Assembly: GCA_964634645.1 (NCBI GenBank)
Contig: CAZWKI010000002.1
Coordinates: 266 to 47,986 of the forward strand
Length of the DNA: 47,721 nucleotides
Origin: an uncultured Gammaproteobacteria bacterium
Lineage (GTDB): Bacteria > Patescibacteriota > Patescibacteriia > UBA1558 > S5-K13
Direction: 5' to 3'
The notes beneath the pieces were generated by a model. That model did not search any database and was not told where the DNA came from. It worked only from the letters and a program-made list of their open reading frames with translations. Below, piece after piece: positions 25,879 through 34,669 of the stretch (position 1 is its first letter; each line of letters starts with the position of its first letter). A program made the position numbers and the translations under genes.

Positions 25879-27153
25879 CTAAAATAAACTTTGTTGCTCT
25901 GCTTTAAAATTCTTTATTTCGCCTTCAGAAAAAATATTTATTTTTCCATACTGCCCATCAAATCCTGGAATTAAATTTATTTTATTTTCTCTTACGCGTC
26001 TTATTGCTTCACAAATTCTGATATCAAAATTTTTTAAATCATTTAGATCTGTATTTAATAATATATTAAATTCATTTTTAAATTTTTTTATCATTTCAAA
26101 ATAAAAATTATCCACTCGCTTGCTAGTCTTGCCAACTCCGTATGACTCTGCAATTATTTTTTTTAGTCCAATAAGATTTTTATATGGAATAAATTTATTT
26201 TGTTTTTCTAATTTTGAAATTTCTTCATCATTTCTATCGCTTAATTCACTTACCCTATGCAAAACCCCGAGGGTCAATTCTTTTCTACAAACAGGACAAA
26301 TATTTTTGCTCTTCAATGATTCTTTTGGATTAAAATTTATTTTGCATTTTCTATGTCCATCGTTGTGATACATTCCTTCTTCTGGATAAAACTCTATTGT
26401 GTATAAAAATTTTTCCTTGTCCTTATTTTTTATAATATTATATATCTCATCATATGAAAATTTTTCTAAGGAAATCACATTTGCCTCTCTTCCTAAATTT
26501 TCTAAACTATGTGCATCTGAATTTGAAACAAGCAAATAGTTATCAAGTGATAAAACTTGCCAATTCATTCTTGGGTCAGATGATAATCCTGTCTCTAGCG
26601 CAAAAACATATCTTGAATAATCATCAAAACACTCTTCAATAAAATTAAATCCCGACTTTGAACCAAGTATTGCAAACCATGGAGTCCAAATATGTGCGGG
26701 GATTACTAAGCTTTTATCATTTACACTAAGTGCGATTTGTAAAATATCAATTGCATCCATTCCAAGAATTGGGCGACCATCTGATTTAAGATTTTTTCCT
26801 CTGTTTGTTAATTCTTTGTTAAATTTTTTCACTGACTCTAAATTTGGCATTAAAATACAAATGTGAATTCTTCTTACTTTGTCATTTTTTTTATAAATAC
26901 ATGAAACCTCTGTAGAAAGAATAAAATGAACGTCATTATACTCATCATTTTTCAATTGATACAAACCATTCCCATTATCCCGCATCTCTTCTTCAAACTC
27001 TTTTATCCATTGTGGGTGAGTGAAATCTCCGCTTCCTATAATATCAATGCCTTTTATATGTGCCCATTTTGCAATATTTGAAAAATTCAGCTCTTTTGAA
27101 CAAGCCCTTGAAAAACGAGAGTGAATATGGAAATCAAGTATTGCTTTTTGCAT
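25879..27153 (-). CDS. endonuclease Q (EndoQ)-like PHP-domain nuclease
   Basis: DFHIHSRFSRA, NSDAHS, the zinc finger CPVCRKELTLGVLHRV, and C-terminal PGFDGQYGKI. Confidence 0.8.
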   Translation of the reverse strand: MQKAILDFHIHSRFSRACSKELNFSNIAKWAHIKGIDIIGSGDFTHPQWIKEFEEEMRDNGNGLYQLKNDEYNDVHFILSTEVSCIYKKNDKVRRIHICILMPNLESVKKFNKELTNRGKNLKSDGRPILGMDAIDILQIALSVNDKSLVIPAHIWTPWFAILGSKSGFNFIEECFDDYSRYVFALETGLSSDPRMNWQVLSLDNYLLVSNSDAHSLENLGREANVISLEKFSYDEIYNIIKNKDKEKFLYTIEFYPEEGMYHNDGHRKCKINFNPKESLKSKNICPVCRKELTLGVLHRVSELSDRNDEEISKLEKQNKFIPYKNLIGLKKIIAESYGVGKTSKRVDNFYFEMIKKFKNEFNILLNTDLNDLKNFDIRICEAIRRVRENKINLIPGFDGQYGKINIFSEGEIKNFKAEQQSLF

Positions 27154-27236
27154 AAAATATTATAATTATTTCTCTTTAATACAATCATTATATTACTAAA
27201 AATAATGTTTGACAAAAAGAAAAAAATTTCTTTCTG

Positions 27237-27265
27237 TTGACATTATTGTCTTGATATGATATAAT
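27237..27265 (+). promoter_or_regulatory. consensus promoter TTGACA-N17-TATAAT
   Basis: Exact hexamers at 27237-27242 and 27260-27265. Confidence 0.7.
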
Positions 27266-27284
27266 ATAACTATAATCTAAAAAT

Positions 27285-27482
27285 ATGGAAAATTTGTGTT
27301 CAAAATGTCATATAGATCCTATTTTTCTAGATGGGCTTTGTGAAGATTGCTACAGCGAACAATTTGAAGATGAAAAAAACGATAAAATTCATGAAAAAAT
27401 GCTTGTTCATGGAGCTTCTTTAAAAGACCCTTCTATATTAAATAGAGATATTGATAAATTAAACAAATTAAAACGAAAATAA
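27285..27482 (+). CDS. small Cys-rich (CxxC...CxxC) protein
   Basis: 65-aa ORF directly downstream of a consensus promoter. Confidence 0.55.
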   Translation: MENLCSKCHIDPIFLDGLCEDCYSEQFEDEKNDKIHEKMLVHGASLKDPSILNRDIDKLNKLKRK

Positions 27483-27483
27483 T

Positions 27484-27681
27484 ATGACTTCACCTGAAAA
27501 AATATCTCTTCCTTGCGATTGCGGAGAGTGTAATGAGTGTGTAGCAAGAAAACTGGGTCTTGATATAAATCCAGAAACGCACGAAAAAATACCTGGTCAC
27601 CCACATAAACAATATGGAGAAATCCTAAAAACAAAACCAAAATCAGAATCTGAGCGAATTGATAAAACAAATCTAATATAA
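27484..27681 (+). CDS. small Cys-rich (CxCxxCxxC) protein
   Basis: Starts 2 nt after the previous stop. Terminator lies at about 27693-27725. Confidence 0.55.
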   Translation: MTSPEKISLPCDCGECNECVARKLGLDINPETHEKIPGHPHKQYGEILKTKPKSESERIDKTNLI

Positions 27682-27803
27682 ATTATCTATATAAAATCCC
27701 CCATCGCACATGATGGGGGATTTTGTTACAAAAATTAATACTTGGCATTTAATAAAAATATGCTAAAATAGAAATACTTATAATTTATAATTAAACGAAC
27801 TTT

Positions 27804-29051
27804 ATGGCTACAATCAAAGCATTTAAAGCACTACGTCCAAAACAAACACTGGTAAAAGACGTTGCTTGTGTTCCATATGATGTTATAAACTCAGAAGAAG
27901 CAAAAAAGCTGGTTGAGGGTAATCCTAATAGCTTTTTGCATGTTACAAAAGCAGAAGTTGATTTAGAAGTGGGTATTGATACTCATAGTGAAATTGTTTA
28001 TCAAAAAGGAAAAGAAAATTTTGAAAAAATGATAAGTGATGGAATTTTTTCTCAAGAAGAAAAACCCGTTTTTTATATTTATAAATTAGTAATGGGGGCT
28101 GTCACAGAAATTGGTATTGTCGCTGGTGCAAGTGTAGAAGATTATGAAAACAATATTATAAAAAAACATGAAAAAACAAGAATTGATAAAGAAGAAGATA
28201 GAATAAAACATATTGAAACTTGCAATGCTCACACAGAGCCGGTTTTTCTAACATATCGCGCAAGAGAAGATATGGATATCATTGTAAATGATTTTATAAA
28301 AAACAATGAACCGCTATATGATTTTGTAGCTGATGATGGAATAACACATGCTTTGTGGAAAATTGATGATGATAATTTAATTTCAAAAATAGAAAATATA
28401 TTTTCAAGTATTGATTATCTATATATTGCTGATGGTCATCACAGAAGCGCTGCTGGTGCAATACTAGGAAAAAGGAAAAAAGAGAGAAATCCAAATCATA
28501 CGGGAGATGAAGAATATAATTTTATAATGTCAGTAATATTTCCCCACAATCAATTATTTATTATGGATTACAATAGAATTGTAAAAGACTTAAACAACCT
28601 TTCAAAAAGTGAATTCCTGAAAAAGGTAGAAGAAAAATTTGAAATACAAGAATATTCTAGTGACAAGGCCTTCAAACCAGAACATGCTCATGAATTTGGA
28701 ATGTATTTGAGTGATATGTGGTACAAAATAACTGCAAAGCCAGGAACTTTTGATGAAAACGACGTTATAAAATCTCTTGATGTTTCTATTTTGCAAGACA
28801 ACTTGCTTAATCCAATACTTGGAATAGAAGATCCTAGAAAAGACAAAAGAATTGACTTTGTTGGTGGAATAAGAAGATTAGATGAGCTGAAGAAAAGAGT
28901 TGATAATGGTGAAGCGGTTGCTTTTTCAATGTTTGCAACCTCAATTGAAGAACTTATGAATATCGCTGATGCAGGTGAAATAATGCCACCAAAATCAACT
29001 TGGTTTGAACCAAAATTACGTTCTGGATTATTCGTACACATGCTAGACTAA
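27804..29051 (+). CDS. DUF1015-family protein
   Basis: N-terminal IKAFKALRP and ADGHHR motifs typical of DUF1015. Confidence 0.8.
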   Translation: MATIKAFKALRPKQTLVKDVACVPYDVINSEEAKKLVEGNPNSFLHVTKAEVDLEVGIDTHSEIVYQKGKENFEKMISDGIFSQEEKPVFYIYKLVMGAVTEIGIVAGASVEDYENNIIKKHEKTRIDKEEDRIKHIETCNAHTEPVFLTYRAREDMDIIVNDFIKNNEPLYDFVADDGITHALWKIDDDNLISKIENIFSSIDYLYIADGHHRSAAGAILGKRKKERNPNHTGDEEYNFIMSVIFPHNQLFIMDYNRIVKDLNNLSKSEFLKKVEEKFEIQEYSSDKAFKPEHAHEFGMYLSDMWYKITAKPGTFDENDVIKSLDVSILQDNLLNPILGIEDPRKDKRIDFVGGIRRLDELKKRVDNGEAVAFSMFATSIEELMNIADAGEIMPPKSTWFEPKLRSGLFVHMLD

Positions 29052-29061
29052 TTTTTATATT

Positions 29062-29092
29062 AAAAAAAGACGGATTTTTCCGTCTTTTTTTT
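29062..29092. terminator. bidirectional terminator
   Basis: A-run, GACGGA-TTTT-TCCGTC, T-run. Confidence 0.75.
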
Positions 29093-29093
29093 A

Positions 29094-29642
29094 TTATAAT
29101 ATTTGTTCTATTTTTTTAAAAGCAAAACCAATAAGACTAACATCATCATCAAACATTTCGTTAAAAATAGTATCATGAATTCTACATTGATATTGTCCTT
29201 TTTCTTTTAAAAATCTCATAAAAATCCTAGATCCAAAATATTGGGCAATCTGATACCAAAGAGTAACAATTGTATCTGTCGCATCTAAAATCGCAGCCTC
29301 TCTTGTAATTGATTTATTTACCAATGTTTCGTATTTGCTTACAATTCTATATTGCCACTTAGTATCAATTAATTGTTTTAAATAAATAACTATTCCGTTT
29401 CTATCAAATACGAGCTCCTCTTCTGATTCTAGTATTTTATCAATGAACTTGTGGACGCACTTATATGCCTTTTTACAGGTTGGTATGTTTTCAAAAATTT
29501 TTACATCTTGTATGGGTTCAATATTGTATGATTTTGAAGTCAAAAAAACATTATGACCATTGCCATTTATTTCGTATTCAATTCGGATTTCATATCCTCT
29601 ATATATCTGTGTGTGTCTATTTTTTTTCACTATTTCCTCCAA
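29094..29642 (-). CDS. hypothetical protein
   Basis: 182-aa ORF. No family recognised. Confidence 0.55.
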   Translation of the reverse strand: MEEIVKKNRHTQIYRGYEIRIEYEINGNGHNVFLTSKSYNIEPIQDVKIFENIPTCKKAYKCVHKFIDKILESEEELVFDRNGIVIYLKQLIDTKWQYRIVSKYETLVNKSITREAAILDATDTIVTLWYQIAQYFGSRIFMRFLKEKGQYQCRIHDTIFNEMFDDDVSLIGFAFKKIEQIL

Positions 29643-29756
29643 ATATATAAATTATTTAATTTATAAAATTACTACACAAGAAAATAAAAGTCAATATTAG
29701 CTAAATAACAAAAATCCGATGATAAAATCAGCAGATTTTTGTTATAAAAAATAAAT

Positions 29757-29882
29757 TTACTTTCTATTCTTTTTCTTTTTTGCTTTTATCTCAAGCATGA
29801 CTTTTTTTGCTTCTAGTCTTTTTTTTGTTTTGTGGGAATGAGATTTTTTTCTTTTCCCAATTCCAGTTGCTCTTTTTGCCAT
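29757..29882 (-). CDS. 41-aa highly basic small protein (possibly ribosome-associated; identity not recognised)
   Basis: Hand translation gives MAKRATGIGKRKKSHSHKTKKRLEAKKVMLEIKAKKKKNRK. Confidence 0.45.
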   Translation of the reverse strand: MAKRATGIGKRKKSHSHKTKKRLEAKKVMLEIKAKKKKNRK

Positions 29883-29952
29883 ATTTTTCTTGTCCCGTTG
29901 AATGGCGGGATATAAATATTAAATAGTTTTTTAACCTAATCCTGCAAAGGAA

Positions 29953-30537
29953 TTATTTCTTTGCTGTTTTCTTTTTTGATTTCTTTGCTTCGACAACTTT
30001 TTTCTTTGCGCTTGGTTTGGCAACAACTTTCTTTTCTGTGGTTGCGTTCTTAGCGGATGTCGGTGTTGAAAAATTTTTCAAAATTTTATCTAATTTTTCA
30101 TTTATCACTTGAAACTGTTCTTGAAATTGGGAATTATTATTAGAACTATTACCTCTGTCTTTGCTTCCACCTTGTTTATCAAAACATACTGAGCAAAGAA
30201 CTGGTTTGTCTCCGCTTGGTCTAAATGGTACTTCGCAGGCATTTCCACACTCTGCGCAAGTTGCCTTAAAATATTCTCTTTCACGAGAGCCAGATCTTGA
30301 AAAATTTCTATTGCCCGACCTATTTTCAGAACTATTTGAGTCGGATCTATTTTTTTCTCTGAAACAATCATCACAAAATATTGGTTTGTCGCTACTTGGC
30401 TTAAAAGGTACTTCACAATTTTTTCCACACTTATCACAAACTGCTCTGTGCATTTCTGATCTTTCTCGATTTTCATCTCTTCTATTAAAACTACCCCTTC
30501 TGTCTCTAGATCCGTTGTTTCTATTGAAATTTCTCAT
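29953..30537 (-). CDS. duplicated CxxC-N17-CxxC zinc-ribbon protein with RG/S-rich linkers and a Lys-rich tail
   Basis: Two copies of C(D/A)(K/E)CG..CEVPF(K/R)PS.DKP..C..CF. Confidence 0.75.
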   Translation of the reverse strand: MRNFNRNNGSRDRRGSFNRRDENRERSEMHRAVCDKCGKNCEVPFKPSSDKPIFCDDCFREKNRSDSNSSENRSGNRNFSRSGSREREYFKATCAECGNACEVPFRPSGDKPVLCSVCFDKQGGSKDRGNSSNNNSQFQEQFQVINEKLDKILKNFSTPTSAKNATTEKKVVAKPSAKKKVVEAKKSKKKTAKK

Positions 30538-30686
30538 AATTATTTATGTTTAGTTAATATACTTAAAGTCTAGCTGTTTAACTTATAAAAAGCAAGGTTC
30601 GGTCAAAATTTATATTTTTAAAATAAAAACATCTCCGAAAGAGACATGGTTATTGTAACTAACAAAAAATTTCACCTCAACAAATA

Positions 30687-30721
30687 TGGTATCCCGGCTA
30701 GGAATCGAACCTAGATCCACA
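30687..30721 (-). pseudogene. tRNA-Arg(UCU) 3' fragment (positions 41-76)
   Basis: 35 nt identical to 30788-30822. Confidence 0.8.
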
Positions 30722-30787
30722 ATATATAATTTTAAAAGATTAATAAATTTTATAAATCCAAATGTTTCTTTATTTTTCTCTTACTTA

Positions 30788-30862
30788 TGGTATCCCGGCT
30801 AGGAATCGAACCTAGATCCACAGCTTAGAAGGCTGTTGTTCTATCCGTTGAACTACCAGGAC
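30788..30862 (-). tRNA. tRNA-Arg(UCU)
   Basis: Reverse complement folds as GTCCTGG...loop CTTCTAA...TTCGATT...CCGGGAT-A-CCA. Confidence 0.9.
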
Positions 30863-31042
30863 AACATAAATAAGAGAAAAATTATCAAAGCTTATCCCGC
30901 AAATGTCTACGAGCATTAGCGAGTAGCAACATTTGCGAGGACCCCGCGAAAGTTGAATATAATATTAGTTTTCTTGCGGGACCCCAAAAATAATATTCGC
31001 TTCATTCCGCAGAGCGAAATTTCGCTCATTTATTTTGTGGGG

Positions 31043-31077
31043 GAAGGCTGTTGTTCTATCCGTTGAACTACCAGGAC
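31043..31077 (-). pseudogene. tRNA-Arg(UCU) 5' fragment (positions 1-35)
   Basis: 35 nt identical to the 5' part of the complete copy. Breaks after anticodon position 35. Confidence 0.8.
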
Positions 31078-31215
31078 ATAAACATCTTTAAAAACTTTTA
31101 TAAATATAAACAAAAATCTACAAAAAGTCAATTATTTCGAGTATAATTAAACTTGATTAAATCATTTGATGATGTTAAAATTCAAATACAAAAATTTAAA
31201 AATAACCATAAAAAT

Positions 31216-31587
31216 ATGCTAAAAAAGGTGCTATTATTAGTAATTATACTTTTTTCGCTTACTGCCTGCTCATTGAAACAAGACATTCAAAACAACACAG
31301 AAGCATTGAAAGAAGACCCTAGTGCAATGATTCTTTATTATAGTGAGACTTGTCCTCATTGCAAAATAGTTGATAAATATATTGAAGAAAATAATATTGA
31401 CTCTAGATTAAAAATTACAAAAAAAGAAGTTTCAGAAAGCATAGAAAATTCTTCAGAACTTGCTGAGAAAACTTATTCTTGTGGTTTGGATACAAAAAAT
31501 CTTGGCATTCCATTTCTATATTACAAATCAAAGTGTTATATGGGGGATCAAGATATAATAAAATTACTTGAAAATGAAATAAAATGA
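31216..31587 (+). CDS. thioredoxin-fold lipoprotein (CPHC active site)
   Basis: Lipobox LTAC after the MLKKVLLLVIILFS signal peptide. CPHC motif. Confidence 0.7.
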   Translation: MLKKVLLLVIILFSLTACSLKQDIQNNTEALKEDPSAMILYYSETCPHCKIVDKYIEENNIDSRLKITKKEVSESIENSSELAEKTYSCGLDTKNLGIPFLYYKSKCYMGDQDIIKLLENEIK

Positions 31588-31648
31588 AATCCGTTAAATA
31601 ATAAACTCTAACAAAATAGTGTTTTATAAAAAAAATAAAAAAATTTGT

Positions 31649-32182
31649 ATGGCTTATAAATTTAAAAATGAAACATCTAACGGATTGAAAAAATATTTAA
31701 TTCCATCATTATTAATAGGTTTGTTTTCATTCAAAATCACAAGCGCTTTTTGCCCAGTATGCACAATCGCTGTGGGAGCCGGAATTGGTCTTACAAAATA
31801 TCTTGGAATAGATGATACTATCACGGGACTTTGGATTGGCGCATTGATTGTATCTTTGTCTGGATGGACAGTTAATTGGCTAAACAAGAAAAACAAAAAA
31901 TCTGTTACAGTAAAAATACTCACTTATATATTTTATATTGCTATAATAATTATTCCACTATTTTTTATGAAATCTGTTTTTCATCCATTTAATGCTTTGT
32001 GGGGAATAAATAAATTAATTTTAGGAATAGTAATTGGAGCAATAATTTTTTATATTGATGGTGTTTGGTATGCAAAAATGAAACTCAAAAACGGAAAAGC
32101 GCATTTCCCATTTGAAAGAGTTGTAATTCCGGTTGTGTCTCTAGCAATATTAAGTTTTGCATTTTATTTAATAACAAAATAA
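31649..32182 (+). CDS. polytopic membrane protein with a CPVC motif in the first TM segment
   Basis: FCPVCTIAVGAG. Four to five TM segments. Confidence 0.6.
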   Translation: MAYKFKNETSNGLKKYLIPSLLIGLFSFKITSAFCPVCTIAVGAGIGLTKYLGIDDTITGLWIGALIVSLSGWTVNWLNKKNKKSVTVKILTYIFYIAIIIIPLFFMKSVFHPFNALWGINKLILGIVIGAIIFYIDGVWYAKMKLKNGKAHFPFERVVIPVVSLAILSFAFYLITK

Positions 32183-32194
32183 ACATATAAGTAT

Positions 32195-32743
32195 ATGGCA
32201 GATACAAACAATTCCGAAGATTTATCAAAAAAAATAAACGAATTCGTAGAAAAAGTTGATCACATGAAAAAACAAGAAAAAATGGATCTTTCATCTGATC
32301 AAGATTTGAGCATCGCAATAATGAATCTTATAAGCATTGAAGAGCATTTCTTTTTTTCTGGCGCAAAGACAAGAAACAATGATTATTACGACCTGATAAA
32401 AGATGTTCGCGAAATGAGAAAGGAATTATTAAAAAAAATAATAAAAGAATATGAGGGAGAAGTTTGGTGCATCTCAAAACATCTACTTGCTGCATCAATG
32501 CGACTTATGGAAGTTGGCACAAAACAACTTGGAATGGATAAAAAAGAAGAGGCTTATGAATTATTTGAAAAAGCATACAATCTATATTCTTTGTTCTGGG
32601 GAATAAACATGAAATTATTAAACGTTGGGGACATAAAAAAAATAGATGACGAATCTCTAAATAAAAAAGACACTGAAAAAAAAGGGTTTTTTGGAAAACT
32701 CGGCGCACTTGTAAAAAAAGCCATAGATTGCTGTATTGAATAA
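32195..32743 (+). CDS. hypothetical protein
   Basis: 182-aa ORF. Terminator lies at 32764-32798. Confidence 0.6.
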   Translation: MADTNNSEDLSKKINEFVEKVDHMKKQEKMDLSSDQDLSIAIMNLISIEEHFFFSGAKTRNNDYYDLIKDVREMRKELLKKIIKEYEGEVWCISKHLLAASMRLMEVGTKQLGMDKKEEAYELFEKAYNLYSLFWGINMKLLNVGDIKKIDDESLNKKDTEKKGFFGKLGALVKKAIDCCIE

Positions 32744-32796
32744 ATTAAAATATACAAAAAGTAAAAATCCCCGAATATTACTTCGGGGAATTTGTT

Positions 32797-33108
32797 TTAT
32801 TGAACCCCCAAGGCTTTCTTAACCCTGGGTTTGTGCAGATCTGGGGTTTTTATTTGAAAACCCTCACTTTTCCAATTTAAAATTTTACCTGATCGCATGG
32901 CTCCAGCACCAAATATTCCAGTAACATCGTTCATTTGGGACATAACTATGTTAAGAAGTTTGGCGTGAGTTGAAACACTAGAAGAACAAGTTACAAGCAC
33001 ATCTTTACTTTTTAATTGAAGACACAAAAATTTGTGAACCTTATCAAGGTGTTCTTCTGCTGAATAATTCATGATTTCGGACTCTGAGTCCAAGAAATAC
33101 ACTTCCAT
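32797..33108 (-). CDS. hypothetical protein
   Basis: 103-aa ORF preceded by AAAGGAGGA. Confidence 0.55.
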   Translation of the reverse strand: MEVYFLDSESEIMNYSAEEHLDKVHKFLCLQLKSKDVLVTCSSSVSTHAKLLNIVMSQMNDVTGIFGAGAMRSGKILNWKSEGFQIKTPDLHKPRVKKALGVQ

Positions 33109-33195
33109 GTGGATCCTCCTTTTATAATAAATAAATTACTACTTGTTATAAAATTTGTCAACATAAAAACACTGCTTTAAACAGTGTGCTTTTAA

Positions 33196-33272
33196 TGGTG
33201 GGTCCTATAGGATTCGAACCTATGGCCTTCTCGGTGTAAACGAGACGCTCTAACCAACTGAGCCAAGGACCC
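33196..33272 (-). tRNA. tRNA-Val(UAC)
   Basis: Reverse complement folds as GGGTCCT..., loop TTTACAC, TTCGAAT, CCA. Confidence 0.9.
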
Positions 33273-33310
33273 AAAAGATTTTTAATTTACAATTTACTAT
33301 TTTCAAATAA

Positions 33311-33378
33311 TGGGTCCAACTGTCGTAGTTAAACGGAGATCCCGCATAAGTGAAACGCTTGCGGGAAGCCAAGGACCC
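33311..33378 (-). pseudogene. tRNA-Val 5' fragment with a GC hairpin (33340-33366) inserted after position 12
   Basis: 33367-33378 equals tRNA positions 1-12, and the same upstream spacer is present. CAGTTGG follows after the insert. Confidence 0.7.
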
Positions 33379-33387
33379 AAAATATTT

Positions 33388-33648
33388 TTAATTTATTATT
33401 TTCAATTTACAATTTATCAAATTTTCTTTTTCAATTCTTGATAATTTTTTAATTTGCCTCTCCCTTTTCATTGCATCTATTTTATTTTCAAATTTTTCAT
33501 AATATACAATCTTAACGGGCTTTCTATATTTTGTATATTTTGCACCGCCTCCGGTATTGTGTTTATTTTCTCTTGATTTCAAATCTTTACAATATCCAGT
33601 ATATAATGTTTTGTCACTACAAAGGGCTATATATACATAAAATATCAT
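33388..33648 (-). CDS. GIY-YIG nuclease-domain protein (single domain, 86 aa)
   Basis: FYVYIALCSDKTLYTGYCKDLKSRENKHN ... RERQIKK. Confidence 0.85.
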   Translation of the reverse strand: MIFYVYIALCSDKTLYTGYCKDLKSRENKHNTGGGAKYTKYRKPVKIVYYEKFENKIDAMKRERQIKKLSRIEKENLINCKLKIIN

Positions 33649-33683
33649 AAATAATTTTATTTTATAATATCTAAATAGAATAA

Positions 33684-33705
33684 ATGGTGGACTTGGTGGG
33701 AAACC
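33684..33705 (-). pseudogene. tRNA-Ala(UGC) 3' fragment
   Basis: ATGGTGGACTTGGTGGGA is identical to the 3' end of the complete gene at 34519. It is followed by AACC after a 4-nt gap. Confidence 0.7.
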
Positions 33706-33823
33706 ATTGGAGATATATTATCATGGAATTAAAGCTTTGGCAAGAATTAAAATTAATAAATTGAATAATAAAAAACGATGATATTTCTAAAAACATCATC
33801 GCCTAATTTTGCCATTCCTTGTT

Positions 33824-34027
33824 TTACCATTTCATACGACTCATAAGATCGGCTATAATATCGGCTGGTGTTATACGTTGAAGTCCTTTTTCAGTCATAA
33901 CATAAACTTCTTTGTTTAGACAGCTAATATCATATTTTGTTTCTTTCGGTTGCCCCCGTGTTGAGTCGTCTATTGGTTTTTGCTCTGAATCACCTTGTAA
34001 TTTTTCATGATTACTTTCTGTAACCAT
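33824..34027 (-). CDS. hypothetical 67-aa protein
   Basis: GGAGGAG Shine-Dalgarno sequence. Terminator lies downstream at about 33775-33810. Confidence 0.55.
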   Translation of the reverse strand: MVTESNHEKLQGDSEQKPIDDSTRGQPKETKYDISCLNKEVYVMTEKGLQRITPADIIADLMSRMKW

Positions 34028-34109
34028 ATCTCCTCCTAAAACTTTCTAGACTTAATTATTATTTATCCTATCACTTATCTTAATTTTGTAAATAGACAAA
34101 CAAAAAACA

Positions 34110-34352
34110 CTAAATTAATCTTTTTTTCATAAACGCTATTCCTGAGCCACTCTTCAAATATTTTTCAAATCCTACGGCTTTTAATTTATCTTCAAACACA
34201 GCATAAAAAATTATTTTTAGTGGTTTTATATTGCGCGTTGAACCTACCTTACCAGAATTATGATAGAATATTCTTTTTTTCAAATTCGTAGTAAAACCCT
34301 TATAAATTCTATTGTTATATTTTTTACTTCTTAAAATATAGACGTAATACAT
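34110..34352 (-). CDS. GIY-YIG nuclease-domain protein (single domain, about 80 aa)
   Basis: MYYVYILRSKKYNNRIYKGFTTNLKKRIFYHN. Confidence 0.85.
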   Translation of the reverse strand: MYYVYILRSKKYNNRIYKGFTTNLKKRIFYHNSGKVGSTRNIKPLKIIFYAVFEDKLKAVGFEKYLKSGSGIAFMKKRLI

Positions 34353-34518
34353 AAAAATAAAAATCACTTATAAAATAAGCGACCCTTTGATTAATTTTAA
34401 ACTCCTGTGATTCACTACTTGGGTACACCATCCGAAACTCAAAATTAATATGTATATATAAAATCAGATTGATGTCCTTCGCTAAAGCTGCGGACATCAT
34501 CTTCACTAAAGTGAAGGA

Positions 34519-34595
34519 TGGTGGACTTGGTGGGATTCGAACCCACGACCCTCTGCTTGCAAAGCAGATGCTCTAACCAACTGAGCCACAAGCCC
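34519..34595 (-). tRNA. tRNA-Ala(UGC)
   Basis: G3:U70 pair, loop TTTGCAA, TTCGAAT, CCA. Confidence 0.9.
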
Positions 34596-34669
34596 ATAGT
34601 TTAATTTAAAATTAAATATTTCAAATTACAAAATAAATTTTAATATTCTTGACTCTGACGAAGTTAGTT

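Noticed and set aside
30105-30553. Alternative-frame and antisense ORFs (123 and 130 aa) overlapping the zinc-ribbon gene
   Set aside because: The 194-aa frame has a clear duplicated CxxC-N17-CxxC architecture. The others have no recognisable features.
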